Assembly (NCBI GenBank): GCA_013265495.1
Contig: MU058844.1
Coordinates: forward strand, 8,615,490 to 8,679,489
Source: Vicugna vicugna
Lineage: Eukaryota
Direction: 5' to 3'
DNA length: 64,000 nucleotides
Shown: piece by piece, positions 36,636 to 49,859 of the stretch
How positions within the stretch are numbered: position 1 is the stretch's first letter
Layout of the letters: every line of letters begins with the position of its first letter
Translations under genes and position numbers: made by a program
Notes under the pieces: model-generated
The model's input: only the letters and a program-made list of their open reading frames with translations
Told to the model about the DNA's origin: nothing
Database searches by the model: none

Positions 36636-38380
36636 AAACTAAAACTCATTCCCACCTAGACCTGAATACAACGTACAGAATGGGGCAGCAGAGTGGAACA
36701 CATTCTTTCTGTAGAGGGAAAAGACAGCAAAAGGCTGGGCGAAACATGCCCAATTTCTTTTCACCCAACTCATACACAGATCATCCTGAGGGAGTGGAAT
36801 GAGTGAAGAAATACAGCAATAGTGGAGCTCTTGGTACATATAAAGAAATATCAAGAGTGTGAGGAAGAGTTCAACTCTCCTAGCATCTAACCGCTCTTGT
36901 TCTCTTAGTCTACTGGGTTTAACCAATAAGCTAGTGGATTGCCAGTGTTGTGGCTATTTCCTTTGCGGGGAAGAAGTCATTAGCCTACAAGACAGTACTG
37001 TTTCTACCTTCATGAGACCACTTCCTCTATATAAACCACTGCTTCTTTGGGTATTTTTCTTAGACTAGTGATGGGCAGTATAATTTTGTTGCTACAAGGC
37101 TCTGAAATTGGACAAAACAATTAATATTAAATTAACATTTAGGTCATACTGGTATAACACTGAAAATTCATTTCCTTATCTATTTCCCTTCCAAGATTGT
37201 TCCAACATAGCCTATCAGGAGTTCATGATAACATCAAATTACAATATTAAGATATGCAAATAATGAAGAGTCAGCATAGAGATGCCCCAGATTTCAACAT
37301 GAACCCCTTCATATTATGGATCATTAAGGGAGAAATTGACATTCAAAGAAATTAAGTCCTCTTACAGGTTAAACTTACAAACAAAAATACAAAGAAATTG
37401 AAGTTTAATATCAAATATACTTGTTCCTGGTTGTTAAATTTCAAAGAAATTAAAATTCAAAGTTTATCCAAGTCTCTGTCTCTTTTGCATCTCAGCTGGA
37501 GGGAATTTCCTGTGTTTGGGGTGATTAGGACTTTGTTGAACAGCTGCACCCTGGGGGAACTCAGAAGTTAATTAATTGAATGCCAAGTCTCTAAGTGCCT
37601 CACTTTTTTAAAGTCCAAATACTTTGTGGAAAACACATAAGTATAGCTCTGCTCCCAAGCCTATTGAATTGAGAAAAGTAACCATTCCCCATTCAACAGA
37701 AGTTATTCCAGGCAAAATTATATTGCCAAAGCCATTATGAAAGCCTCAGTTATTGAGTGCAGGAGAGTAGAATAGGGAAACTTCTACCCCCACAATTTAG
37801 TCTCACTAGGATCCTAGTTACTTTATACTACAAGTCTGGGAGATGGTTATGACTCTAAACATAATAAGGGAAATTCTCACATTAGAATGTGAATTATGGC
37901 ATCATACCATTATCATTTCTAGGAACAATATGCATAGGCTACCTGTTTGTGCATGAAGAGTGATGTGTCAGGCACAGCGTCTGCTTTAACCTGCTGCTAT
38001 AGCAAACTATCCCATGATCTCAGTTGTTTAAAAAAAATCTTCCACTGGAGGCACTGCGAGTCTTATGGAAAGTTTTACAATGAGATTCATAATTTCCTTC
38101 CTACAGGAAGTGGGAGTAAACATTTGGGAATAATACAAGCTATTACTACCTCTTCCTTGCAAAATTTAACAGTTATAACTTAAGTCATCAAATTGCTGAG
38201 TCTCCCTCATCATTATACTAAATACACATTAAGTTCTATTTCCTCCTTGAGCCCCACACTTCAGGAGTCTAAGTACTCATTTAAATGTGAGATCGGTCTA
38301 GTGTTATAGCATCTAAAATCTCTTATGAGAAGACATTCATTTTCACACATTTTTGATCCCTCTTGTATGGATTTGCTTAG

Positions 38381-39320
38381 GCAAACAACCCAATCGAAAA
38401 ATGGTCAGAAGTTCTAAATAGCCATTTCTCCCTAAAGACATACAGGCGGTTTATAGGCACATGAAAAGATGCTCAATAAAGTTGATTATCAGAGAAATGC
38501 AAATCAAAACTACAATGAGGTTATCACCTCACCGTGGTCAGAATATCCACCATTAAAAATTACACAAACAATAAATGTTGGAGAAGGTGTGGAGGAAAGG
38601 GAACTCTTCTCACTGGTGGTGGGAATGTAATTTGGTGTCGCAATTATGGAAAACAGTATGTAGAGTCCTTAAAAAATTAAAAATAGACTTGTCATCTGTT
38701 ACAGCAATCCTACTCCTGGCCATATATCTGGAGAAAACTCCAATTTGAAATGATACCTGCACCCCAATGTTCATAGCAGCCCTATTTACTATAGCCAAGG
38801 CATGGAAGCAACCTAAATGTCCACTGACAGATGACAGGATAAAGAAGATGTAGTACATATATATACAATGGAATACTACTCAGCCTTAAAAAAGAAAGAA
38901 ATAATGCTATTTGCAGCAAAATGGATGGACCTAGAGATTATTATACTAAATGAAGTAAGTCAGAGAAAGATAAATATCATATGTTCATTTATATATGGAG
39001 TCTAAATAAACAATACAAATCAACTTATTTACAAAACAGAAAGTGACCCACAAATATAGAAAACAAACTTTTGGTTACCAAATGGGAGAGGGGGGAGGGA
39101 TAAATTGGGAGTTTGGGATTAACATATACACACTACTACATATAAAAAAGATAAACAACAAGGAACTACTGTATAGCCCAGGGAACTACAGTCAATAACT
39201 TGTAATAACCTATAATGAAAAATATATATATAACTGAATCATTATATTGTATACAAGAAACTAACACATTATAAACCAACTATACTTCAATAAAAAGACA
39301 AAAATCACAACAAAAAATCC
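38381..39320 (+). mobile_element. 5'-truncated L1 (ORF2 C-terminus plus 3' UTR)
   Basis: caaacaacccaatcgaaaaatgg...agagaaatgcaaatcaaaactacaatgagg...caatggaatactactcagcc...tacttcaataaaaa. Confidence 0.93.
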
Positions 39321-39414
39321 CCAAAAGAATTACAAAAAAAGAAGGTAGAGAAAGGAGGAAAGTTAAACAGAAGTTAAAAACATTCTACGGAAGGAAAGTT
39401 GAGTGAATAGTAAC

Positions 39415-39493
39415 TGCAGCAGCCATGGAAGCGCGACATCCTCCTTCAAGAGAAAGCTGCCATGAGGAATGCAATTTGCTGACAGCCTCCAGA
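39415..39493 (+). mobile_element. LTR33-like ERVL LTR 5' fragment
   Basis: gcagcagccatgg...ccttcaagagaaagctgccatgaggaatgcaatttgctgacagcctccag. Confidence 0.55.
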
Positions 39494-39519
39494 GGCTATG
39501 AAAAGAAGTGATTAAAAAA

Positions 39520-40315
39520 TCTCTTAATGGTAATTCAATGACTAAATATTTGAAACAGAATTAAAAAAAGTTTGAAAAGAGAATTGACATAAGCTAATTA
39601 TTTTAAAAATCAATGGCTTTATTCTAGAATAAACTCTTAGGAATGAAATGGGGAAAATGTTTCAGTATAAGAGGAACAAAAACTATAAAATACCTACGAC
39701 AGATTTAACAAGAAATGGACAAGCAGAATATGAAAAAAACTATAGAGATATTATTAAAGACAAACAAGATAACCACTCTCTTGGATGGAAAAACCTTTTA
39801 TCGTTAAATGTTGATTCTCCCAAAATGAATATGCAGGTTATGGGGAACAGAGCATTTCCATATACTGACAGTGGAAAGAGGTTTTATAGCATTTGTGGAA
39901 AGCAATCTTACAACATATGTTAAAATAAACAGTATCCTTTGACTCAGTAATTCCAGAACTTGAAAATAAAGCACTAATTCTTAAGGACATATGTACAGGA
40001 TACTTATTGCAGCATTGTTTGAGGTAGCAAAAAGCTTTGTAAACAAAATGAATATTCATAAATGGGAACTTGGCTAAACATACTGTGATAAATCTACATC
40101 ATAAAATAGTATGTATCTACCTAAAAGAATAAAAAAGAGCTATGCCAAGTTAAAAAACAAAACAAAACTTCCCCCAAAACGGAAGTCTATAAACAGATGG
40201 CTTCACTGGTGAACTAAACTTTTAAAGAATTAATACCAATCCCTCTCAAACTCTTCTTAAAAAAATTAAAGAGGAAGAAACATTTTCAAACTCATTTTAC
40301 AAGGCCAGCATTAGA
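39520..40315 (+). mobile_element. Old L1ME fragments plus a short L1 ORF2 piece (~40170-40315)
   Basis: cctttgactcagtaattccag...ttattgcagcattgttt; cagatggcttcactggtgaa...aattaataccaatccctctcaaactctt...aactcattttacaaggccagcatt. Confidence 0.7.
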
Positions 40316-40361
40316 ACATTGTATTTTCAAAATCCTTTCTCACATGTTTTATGCTTATTCT

Positions 40362-41062
40362 TTTGGCAGACTATATTTTCCAAAAACGGCCACCATAATA
40401 TATCCCATCCCACAAGCCCTTCTGCAATGTGATCTTGCCACTTCCTCACCAGGAAGTGAGAATGTCTCTTCACTCATATCTGGGTGAACACTGTGACTGC
40501 TCTGACCAATAATCTACAGTGGAAATGACAGTTTCAATTCTGAGCAAGGACCTTACAGGGACTGGAAGACTTCCACTTACTACTTCTTGGTGATTAAAGT
40601 GGTTAATTTTTTTTTCAGTATTAGTGTGTCCCAGCCAATATTTAGTATATTATATACTAAAGAAAAAAATGATTGTTTACCTGAAATTCAAATTTAAGTG
40701 AATATCCTATATTTGTATTTGCTGAATATGGCAACCCTACTTGGAAGCCAACAGACATACCAGAAATGTGATTAACAGGAAAAAGTTATCCTTGAGCCCA
40801 AGCTGAGTGGCCAGGCCCTAGAGGTTGGGACATCATCATCTGGAGAGAAAGAAGCCAAGGAGCACTGAGGCAGCAGATGTATGAATAAAGAAGACATTTT
40901 GTAGCTCCTCCAGTTCCAGTGATTCTAACTGATTCCAAGTAGATCAGAGATGAGCCAACCCACAAAGGCTTTCTCAGATTCCACACACACACACACACAC
41001 AGATTTATTTTAAGTCAAAAATTGTTAAAGTGGTTTGTTATGCAGCAATTGATAATTGAAAT
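40362..41062 (+). mobile_element. MLT1G/H-like MaLR LTR interrupted by a MER53-like MITE (~40598-40738)
   Basis: tggcagactatattttccaaaaacggccacc...tgtgactgctctgaccaata...gtggtttgttatgcagcaattgataa; insert ttgtttacctgaaattcaaatttaagtg...tggcaaccct. Confidence 0.78.
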
Positions 41063-43029
41063 AAATTTGGAATTTGAAAAAAAAAAAAAACCCTGATGTC
41101 GTTGTAGGTCTAAATTTGTTGTGTTGTTATGCCTGCTGAGTTCTTCTGATTTTGGTCATCTTTGGTGACGAACTCATATGTGACTGCTTTTAACAAGTGG
41201 AAATCCTAAGTACCAGAACTGAAGTTATTTTCTTTGAGGGAAAGGGAAAATTGGACTCTATTTTGCTGGAACCAGTTCCCAGATTTAATGCAGGTGTCTC
41301 AGTTTCAGCTCCCTCATCTCACCAGGGACCCAAATTTCAGTATTCTGGTCTAAACAAATATACGGGCAACCCACTTTCACCTTCACTTACCATTAACTAC
41401 TCCCTATTCAACTTTCAACACGTAGGTTATTGTTTTTTCTTATTTTGTCAGAGAAGTAACATGGAGATTTCTCTCAGTTTCTATAAATAGAACAATGTAC
41501 TAAAAAGTATGTTTTCTCTAAAAGTGTTTTTTAGTAGAGAGCCTCTCATATATCTGCCATATTGTACAACTTCCTTCTATTATTATAAATAATTTCCTTC
41601 TGAAATTATGCATTTCTTTAGAGATTTAAAAATGGTTCTTATGAGAGGCAAATTACGTTACAAAAGAAGTTACACCACTTCCTTGGTGGCTGTGAGGGAA
41701 CCCCAATTCCATAGGTATGTCAATAACCCTCTCTAAGACCTAATATGATAAGAAGTTTGGGAAGAATTTTATTTCTTTAGGCTTTCTACTTAAAAAAGAA
41801 CAAGATGGTTTAATTTGAGGCTTTAATTCATTTGCATTTTGATGTCTTTAATTTAATCTATGTCTTCTAATTTATTCCTTGGAAAGAATATTTATTTCAC
41901 ATTTGGGACTCTCTGCTGGCTATTATTATTGGAATATCCTAATTTGACATTTGATCCTATTTTCAGAATCTTAGACAGTTTATGTTGGACTATATGAGGG
42001 GTGTAATTTGAGACTGGAAATAGAAGTAAAGTGTCCTGTTGGCTTTAAGTACAAAATGGCCTTGGAGTTAATTCCTAGTGGAACAGGAAATGAGCAGTCC
42101 TCCACTGTAATTAGTTGTACACAAGGAGAAAATCATCGCATTCAACTTGTGATGGTCCTTTGCCTTCAGTTTGGACATTGTGCAGTTTTATACAGTTATA
42201 TAATTTTACTTATCACATGAATGATTGGACTGCTAAAAGTATTTTGTACTATAGATCATTTCTCTGATTAAATAAAAAAGAATGGTTGCCTGGCTAAGTA
42301 GGCCATTAGCTAAAATTTTGCAAAGCAGATTCTTCAAGCTTGATTTGCAAGTTTGACTGTGTGGCTTTTAGATAAACCTTCTGGGTTAAGTTTTTTTTTA
42401 AATTTTCTGGAGCTAAGAATAAATATTTTTCTTTCTTGTCATCAAAAGCAGTCTATAAATATTCCCGTATATTTCATAATGATTACATTAGCCCACATCT
42501 TTTCATTTTGGAGGGATTACTCATAATTTTAAAATGTTACTCAGTTTAATTAATTGGCGTTTTAAATCACTTCACAAATTTTGAGAAACAAAATCTACAC
42601 TGTCCACTATTGGCCCCAGGAAGGTACTAAAAGCAGTAAAGTTTGGTAAGGGGAGAAGTGACTTCATGAAAGATGAAACCAAATTGTCATGATTCCTGTA
42701 ATCTCCATCAAAAAGGATAGGTTAACCCTATTTAACCATAAGCTTAACATTTAAACTCAGTGGGTTAAGAGAATTAATAGCTAAAGAAGATTAGCAGTGG
42801 GATGCTTCTTCCCTACTCAATATTGCGTTCTATCTGGAGGGAGTTCCAATAGTGTAACCTCTCCTACTCCCCCTCACCTATTTCTTCCCACAGATGTGGA
42901 GAGAGTCTTTTTATTGCAGAGCTAGTAAAGAGATAATGTGCATGTGTATTTTAGTTCTATTCTCTCTCTTTCTCTTTCTCCCAACCTCTTTCTCTCTCTT
43001 TATCTCTCTGATGTAGGTGATTTTTAAAC

Positions 43030-43198
43030 TGTAGGCTGAGTCCAAATTCCCCAGAGATGCTCTTTAAAACATTTCTGGGCTCCCTTTCTCGAGATTTGAC
43101 TCAGTAGGTCTAAGGAAGGCCCATAACTTTACATTTTTAACAAATCCCCAGGTGATGCTGATGCTGCTAATCCAGGAACAACACTTTGAAAAACACAC
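43030..43198 (+). mobile_element. MER5A hAT MITE
   Basis: gagatttgactcagtaggtct...catttttaacaaatccccaggtgatgctgatgctgct...acactttgaaaaac. Confidence 0.8.
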
Positions 43199-44483
43199 TT
43201 TGCTCAAAGAGAGCACATGTTCTGCTCTTTCTCGACACTAACAGTCATGTGGAAGCAGCTTCTGCCCCTGTGGTAGGGTCAGCACTAAGGCTACCTCTAA
43301 CAAGGTTGGTGTCTGTCTAATTCTGGGTCAGTATAAGAAAGCCTCCTTTTCCACAAACAGAAGTGTTCTCCCTGATTTTGATCTTCTAGCTGCCTTAACA
43401 TTTTGTCTATATTTTAACTTGATTACAATTTGAGTAGGAAAGAAGGGTGCTATTACCATATCTCCTCAAAATCTCAAAATGAATATATATGTTCTCATGT
43501 AGTCAATTAACACGTGTTAGTCTACCTCCCTGGATTTTAGAACATTGAGAGAGAAGGACCATAGTTCTCTATCTTTGTATAGTCAGTATGCAATCTAGTA
43601 ATGCCCTTTGTGCACTTGAACCCAATGCTGATTAAAGAAACTCTGCATATAAATATTATTGTCATCTCCTAGATAATGAAATGTTTCACTGTTAGCTAGA
43701 ATTTTAGAAATTATCTCAAATACATGAAATTCCTTTTCTGGAGAGTGGACTCTTAGCAAACTGTTTTAAAGGGCTGATGCTGCTGAAGTCATTAGAATGG
43801 GACTTTCAGGAGTGATGTCCAGTGCTCAATGAGTAAGCCATCTTGATATACGCTATCCCAGGAAGTTAATTTTTTAAGTTTGATTAATCATCGACTTTAA
43901 TCCTTCAAGGTTTTCTATCTCCTGCTGAGGGGATTACAGTCCAGCGACTACTCCTAACAGCTAGCCAGCTGGTGATAATTGCTGTTAATTTCCTGGTATT
44001 TGGCAATGAATTGTTCCTTGAAAACTGGAGGGAGACAGCATAAGAAAGCTTTGGAAGGGAATTGCAAAAATAACATTTAATGTTTTTGCTTGATTGTAAA
44101 AAGTGATACATGCTTATAGCTGTAAGTTTAAAAAGTATGAAAAACATGAATAAAAAGTAAGAATTTCAACATAATCCTTTTATTCAGAGAAAAGTATAAT
44201 TTTTGCAAAATTTTTTGAACTTTTCATCTCTGCATCATCTATCTTTCCTTACACAATCTGGTATGTACATATATACCACCTCCACCACTACCACCACCAC
44301 TATCAACACTTCTACTAAAAATCTGACATCATTCTATTTTTCCAGCTCTGAATTCTACTTTTTATCGATTTAAAAATAAATCCTTAGCATTTTCCAACTT
44401 TAGCTTTCAGAAGGATTATTTTTCATGACACTACAGTATTCTATCATATGGTTGTAGAGTATATTGTATTAAGAAATAACCAG

Positions 44484-45671
44484 TTCTCCTAGGGCAGTCT
44501 ACCCAAGCAATAGAAATACAAGCAAGAATAAACAAATGGGACCTAATGAAACTTATAAGCTTCTGCACAGCAAAGGAAACCATAACTAAAACAAAACAAC
44601 AACCTATGGAATGGGAGAAAATTTTTGCAAATGAAACCAACAAAGGCTTGATCTCCAGAATATATAAGCAGCTCACAAGATTTAATAAGAAAAAAACAAA
44701 CAACCCAATCCAAAAATAAGCAGAAGACCTAAACAAGCAATTCTCCAAGGAAGAAATACAAATGATCAATAGGAACATGAAAAAATGCTCAGTATCACTA
44801 ATTATCAGAGAAATGCAAATCAAAACTATGATGAGGTATCACCTCACACCAGTCAGAATGGCCATCATTCAAAAGTCCACAAATGACAAATGCTGGAGAG
44901 GCTGTGGAGAAAAGGGAACCCTCCTACACTGCTGGTGGGAATGCAGTTCGGTGAAGCCACTGTGGAAAACAGTATGGAGATTCCTCAAAAGACTAGGAAT
45001 AGACTTACCATATGACCCAGGAATCCCACTCCTGGGCATATATTCGGAAAGAACCCTACTTCAAAATGACACCTGCACCCCAATGTTCATAGCAGCACTA
45101 TTTACAATAGCCAAGACATGGAAACAGCCTAAACGTCCATCAACAGATGACAGGATAAAGAAGAGGTGGTATATTTATACAATGGAATACTACTCAGCCA
45201 TAAAAACCAACAACATAACACCATTTGCAGCAATATGGATGTTCCTGGAGAATGTCATTCTAAGTGAAGTGAGCCAGAAAGAGAAAGAAAAATAACGTAT
45301 GAGATCGCTCATATGTGGAATCTAAAAATAAATAAATAAATAAACAAGCAAATTAATAAATAAATAAGTAAAATAAATACAAAACAGAAAGAGACTCATA
45401 GACATAGAATACAAGCCTGTGGTTGCCAGGGGGATGCGGGGTGGGAAGGGGCTGGGATTTCAAAATGTAGAATAGATAAACAAGATTGTACTGTGTAGCA
45501 GAGGGAAATATATACAGGATCTTGTAGTGGCTCACAGCGGAAGAGAATATGACAATGAATGTATGCATGTTCATGTATAACTGAAAAATCATGCTCTATG
45601 CTGGAATTTGACACAACATTGTAAAATGACTATAACTCAATAAAAAATGTTTAAAAGAAAAGAGAAAAAAA
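44484..45671 (+). mobile_element. Young camelid-type L1, 5'-truncated (~1.2 kb), with TSD
   Basis: ORF 44762-45295 is the L1 ORF2 C-terminus ([49 protein letters not shown]), followed by 3' UTR and polyA. TSD aagaaataa(c/t)cag at 44471-44483 and 45672-45684. Confidence 0.96.
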
Positions 45672-46143
45672 AAAGAAATAATCAGGAGCAAAAACTTTAT
45701 CAAACTGGCAATTTATCCTGAAATTTACTGTAGAATCCAGGAGGAGTGATTCTCAAAGGCAGTAAGATAATGTTTTTTCAGTTGATCACTCTAGCCTAAT
45801 GAGGGCCCAGGCAGCCAAAGAAGCAAGTCTAGTGTTGTAGGACATATGCTGGGTTTTTTTAGCGTATATATTAATCAGTCAAAAACCCAGACATGAGGAA
45901 ATGAAAGCTTCTTTATTTTTTTAATAACTAAATCTGAGTCTAATCTAGATTTATCTTTCTGGGTTATAGATAAATTCAGTCATTACTAGCACTTCCCTTT
46001 TTCCCAGGCAGGCAATGTGTGTCTAGTCCAACTCAGCATCAAGATATTTTCTCCCTGTAAGTGCTAATTAAGGTACAATGCTCACTGATCTAGCATACAG
46101 GGGCTCCTCTGATGCTTAAAAATTACTCTGAAAGATTGGCACT

Positions 46144-46602
46144 TATATTAGTCAGAGTTCTTCAGAGAAGCAGAGATATATGTGAGGAGATTTATTATAG
46201 GAAATGGCTCATGTGGTTATGGAGGTGGAGAAGTCCCACCATATGTTATCCGCAAACTGGAGAACCAAAAAAAAAAAAAAAAAAGCTGATGGAATAATTC
46301 AGCCCTAATCTAAAGGCCACAGAGCCAAGAGCTTTGATATCCGAGGCCAGGAGAAGATGGATGTCCCAGCTAAAGAAGAGAGTGAATTTGCCCTTCTTTT
46401 GTCTTTTTCTCCATTCCAGTTCCCCATGGATTGGATGATGTCACCCACCTTGGTGAGGGTAGATCTTTTTCACCCAGTTTACTGAATCAAATGCTAATCT
46501 CCTCTGGAAACACCCTCACAGACACATCTGGAAAGAATGTTTTACTAGCTATCTGGGCATTTCTTAGGTCATTCAAGTTGACATATAAAATTATCCATTA
46601 TA
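46144..46602 (-). mobile_element. MLT2B-like ERVL solo LTR with 5-bp TSD
   Basis: tattagtcagagttcttcagagaagcag...gatttattataggaaatggctcatgtggttatggagg...ctggaaacaccctcacagacaca...aagttgacatataaaatt. TSD GCACT at 46139-46143 and 46603-46607. Confidence 0.9.
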
Positions 46603-46824
46603 GCACTCTGGTGAGTATTCACTGGGTGCCTATTCTTTAGGTGCATAGCACAAGTAGTTCTTAAGAGTCTTACCAACCACCCCACTACTGCCCTAAAGTA
46701 CCTAGGAATGGAATTCACCTTCTGCCCTCCATATTTATTTTAGTCTATGGGAAATAACTTCTTTTATTTTCATGCTTTTTGAAAGTAAAGTATTTTAAAA
46801 AATTTTAGAGTTCTTAATTTTATC

Positions 46825-47326
46825 TATTTTCCCACTTTTTACTGAAGTATAGTTGATTTGCAGTTTTTCTGGTGTATAGCATAGTGATTCATACACACAC
46901 ACACACACACACACACACATATTCTTTTTCATTACAGGTTACTACAAGCCATTGAATATATACAGTTCCCTGTGTTACATAAGTAGAACCTTGCTGCTGA
47001 TCTACTTTGTATATAGTAGTTTGTACCTGCCATCCCAAACTCCCTATTTATCCCTCCCTCTCCCATTCCCCCCCTGGTAATCATTAAATTTGTTTTCTGT
47101 GTCTGTTAGTTTCTTTCTACTTTGTAAACAAGTGTCTGTGTCACTTTTTAGATTCCACATATAAGTAATATCATATGATATTTGTCTTATCTGACTGACT
47201 TACTTCACTTAATATGATCATCTCTAGGTCCACCCATGTTGCTACCAATGCCATTATTTCATTCCTTTATATGGCTAAGATACTACTATGATTGAGATAT
47301 ATACATACATACATACACACACACAT

Positions 47327-47358
<32 letters not shown>

Positions 47359-47875
47359 GTATGTATGTATCTCTCACATTTTCTTTATCCATTCATCACA
47401 TTTAGGTTGCTTCCATGTCTTGGCTATTGTAAATAGTGTTGCTATGAGCACTGGATTGCATGCATCTTTTCAAATTAAGAGTTTTCTCTGTATATATGAC
47501 AAATATCATTATTTCTTTTTTTATGGTTGAGTAATATTCGTGTGTGTGTGTGTGTGTGTGCATGCATGTATGCACCAGATCTTCTTTATCCATTTGTCTG
47601 CTGATGGACAGTTTCATCAGTGTTTGCTTCCATGTCTTGGCTATTGTAAATAGTGCTGCTATGAACATTGGTGTGAATGTATGTTTTTGATTTACAGTTT
47701 TCATCTTTTCTAGATATATTTCCAGGAGTGGGATTGCTGGATCATATAGTTACTCAAATTTTAGTTCTTTAAGGAATCTCCATATTGTCTCCATAGTGGC
47801 TGTACCAGTCTGCATTTCCAACAGCGTAGAGGGTTCCTTTTTCTCCACATCTTCTCCAGCATTTATTATTTGCAT
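46825..47875 (-). mobile_element. L1 3' end with a duplicated ORF2 C-terminal segment (two L1 pieces in tandem)
   Basis: gcttccatgtcttggctattgtaaatagtg occurs at ~47409 and again at ~47626. Minus ORF 47402-47704 contains [17 protein letters not shown]. Confidence 0.9.
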
Positions 47876-49859
47876 ATATTTTAATAAGAAAATATAATAT
47901 TTTTAATGAAATAGGTTATTAAGTAAGATAGGAAAAAGCATTGTCTTCCAATAGTTTCTGTTTTGGTTAGCAAAAATCTCTAAGATAAGGAAGTATTGGG
48001 GACTTGGACTAGAGTGAAAGTATATGAAGTTTAATGTATGTTTCTGAATACATGAATAGATGAATGAATGAACGAATGAATGGTTACCAAACTATGAATA
48101 CCAAGGATTTCTATAGTGTGTTATAGTTCAAAAAGCACATGTATTATCTTATTTTACTTCATAACTTTGCATTATTCCCATTTTTTAGAGAAACTGTACT
48201 CAAAATAGTTTTGACCTGCCACATTTATAAAAAACATCAGGTTTGCATAGTTTTGATCCTAGGATAAGTGTTCATTTTGCCAAACATAACTCATCTCATA
48301 CGATGGAGTAACCAGTAAGGAAAAAATAGTACGAGAGCCTAAGGAAATTGAATATATAAAAATCTGTAGCAAGCTTTCAGAGAATGGAGGATGATAACAT
48401 ACGAGTCTTGTTGCATCAAGAATGACACGCAGGAGAAAATGTGCTCTGTGAAATAGGATGCGAAAATATTTGGAAATCAAAACAAAGCCACACAGATAGA
48501 GAGTTTGGAAAAGTGATATAAGTAGGAGACTAGAGAAACAAACAGCTTTACTGGAGCTCTAAAATCAGTAAGTGTGTTCTATTATAGGAAATCTAGATTT
48601 CTGGGAAAACCAATGCAACAGTATAATAAATTCCCTGAGTGCCACTGATTTCAAGAATCCAGTATAGTTCCTGGAAAGAACCTATGGCTGATTATTGAAT
48701 CTCATCTGAGGGTTGTAGACCTAGCATAATCCACTGGGAGATGTGTTCATTGAGAATGGGATGTAACAGACAGTTTGCCCCTCCTTCATCTAATCTGCTG
48801 GATGCTAGTTGTCCCTGCTAATATATAAGGAGGTGAGTGATATTTCCGTAAGAGGGATCCCTTAAATCTTAAAGAACTGCACAAAGTGATTTTGAACAGA
48901 AAGCTGAAGTACTTCAAGGAACAGTGATATTTTTAAGTGAATTCAGATATTACAAGTGGTACTGAAAAAGGGCATTTGGAGTCTGAATCATAACATCTTT
49001 GGCTAAGAAATAAGCTCACCTTACAGGAACCAATATGTTTGCTTTTTGCCTGAAGACTACATAACTTGTCCAAAAATGAACTAAACTGAATAGTGAGGAG
49101 TGATTCAAATTCTAAGATAAAGGAACAAAACTGAATATAAGAATTCTATAGATAACAGAAATATTGGGTATTAGTAAACATAAACAATTATTTAGAAGAG
49201 GCTAAGAAATAAAATTAATGGTCTCAGATGTCTATCATATACCAATTTTCAGCTTATAGGCAATAAACTAAATGAGATTATTGCATAAAGTAGTAAAGTT
49301 TTACCTCAGTGAATTCATAAAGAGTTATTGGAATGGATTCACAAAGGAAATAAGCACTTAGAGCTAGTAAAAAACACACACAAATCAGGAGAGAAAGAGC
49401 AGTAACTAACATCAGGAAGACAGACATGCTAATGTATGTTGGATTGCTGAGTGAATTGGGGCTGTAACTGGTACTTAGATGTGAGTATATTCTCCTCCTA
49501 GTGGCAGTATATTTTTTAACATCCATTCATCTTTAGGGGTTAAAAGCCTCTTGAAGAAAACAACATCAACTATAGAAAAATGAAACAAATTCAAATCAAA
49601 TAAGCCTTGACTTTTTCTGTACTTATGGTGTTGGCTAAATAGGCATTACTGGTGAACTGAGGTAGCAGGAGGCATCAGAAGCTAAATTGTAATGGTGTAG
49701 GGGGTGGGAATGGAATGTTTGGCACCTGACAAAGAGTTCTTTTAAAGGAAAGAAAAATTCTGAGCATCAGAAGAGAGCAATAACTTTGACTATAATTAGG
49801 AATGGGAAGAAAAGTGAGTCTGTAACTCACTTCCTCCCATTTCCCTCAAGGCAGGCAAT

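Noticed and set aside
41392..41485. Minus-strand exon candidate (tttatag| ... ATG|gtaagtg)
   Set aside because: Stops in all three frames and no other support; such splice-like motifs are common by chance.
44762..45295. 177-aa ORF as a host gene
   Set aside because: It is the L1 ORF2 C-terminus in a 5'-truncated, TSD-flanked copy with an upstream stop (aaaTAAgcagaagac where L1 has TGG).
48500..49500. Possible additional ancient LINE fragment (ILGIS-like text near 49160)
   Set aside because: A single short motif with no ordered series, so it cannot be assigned by eye.
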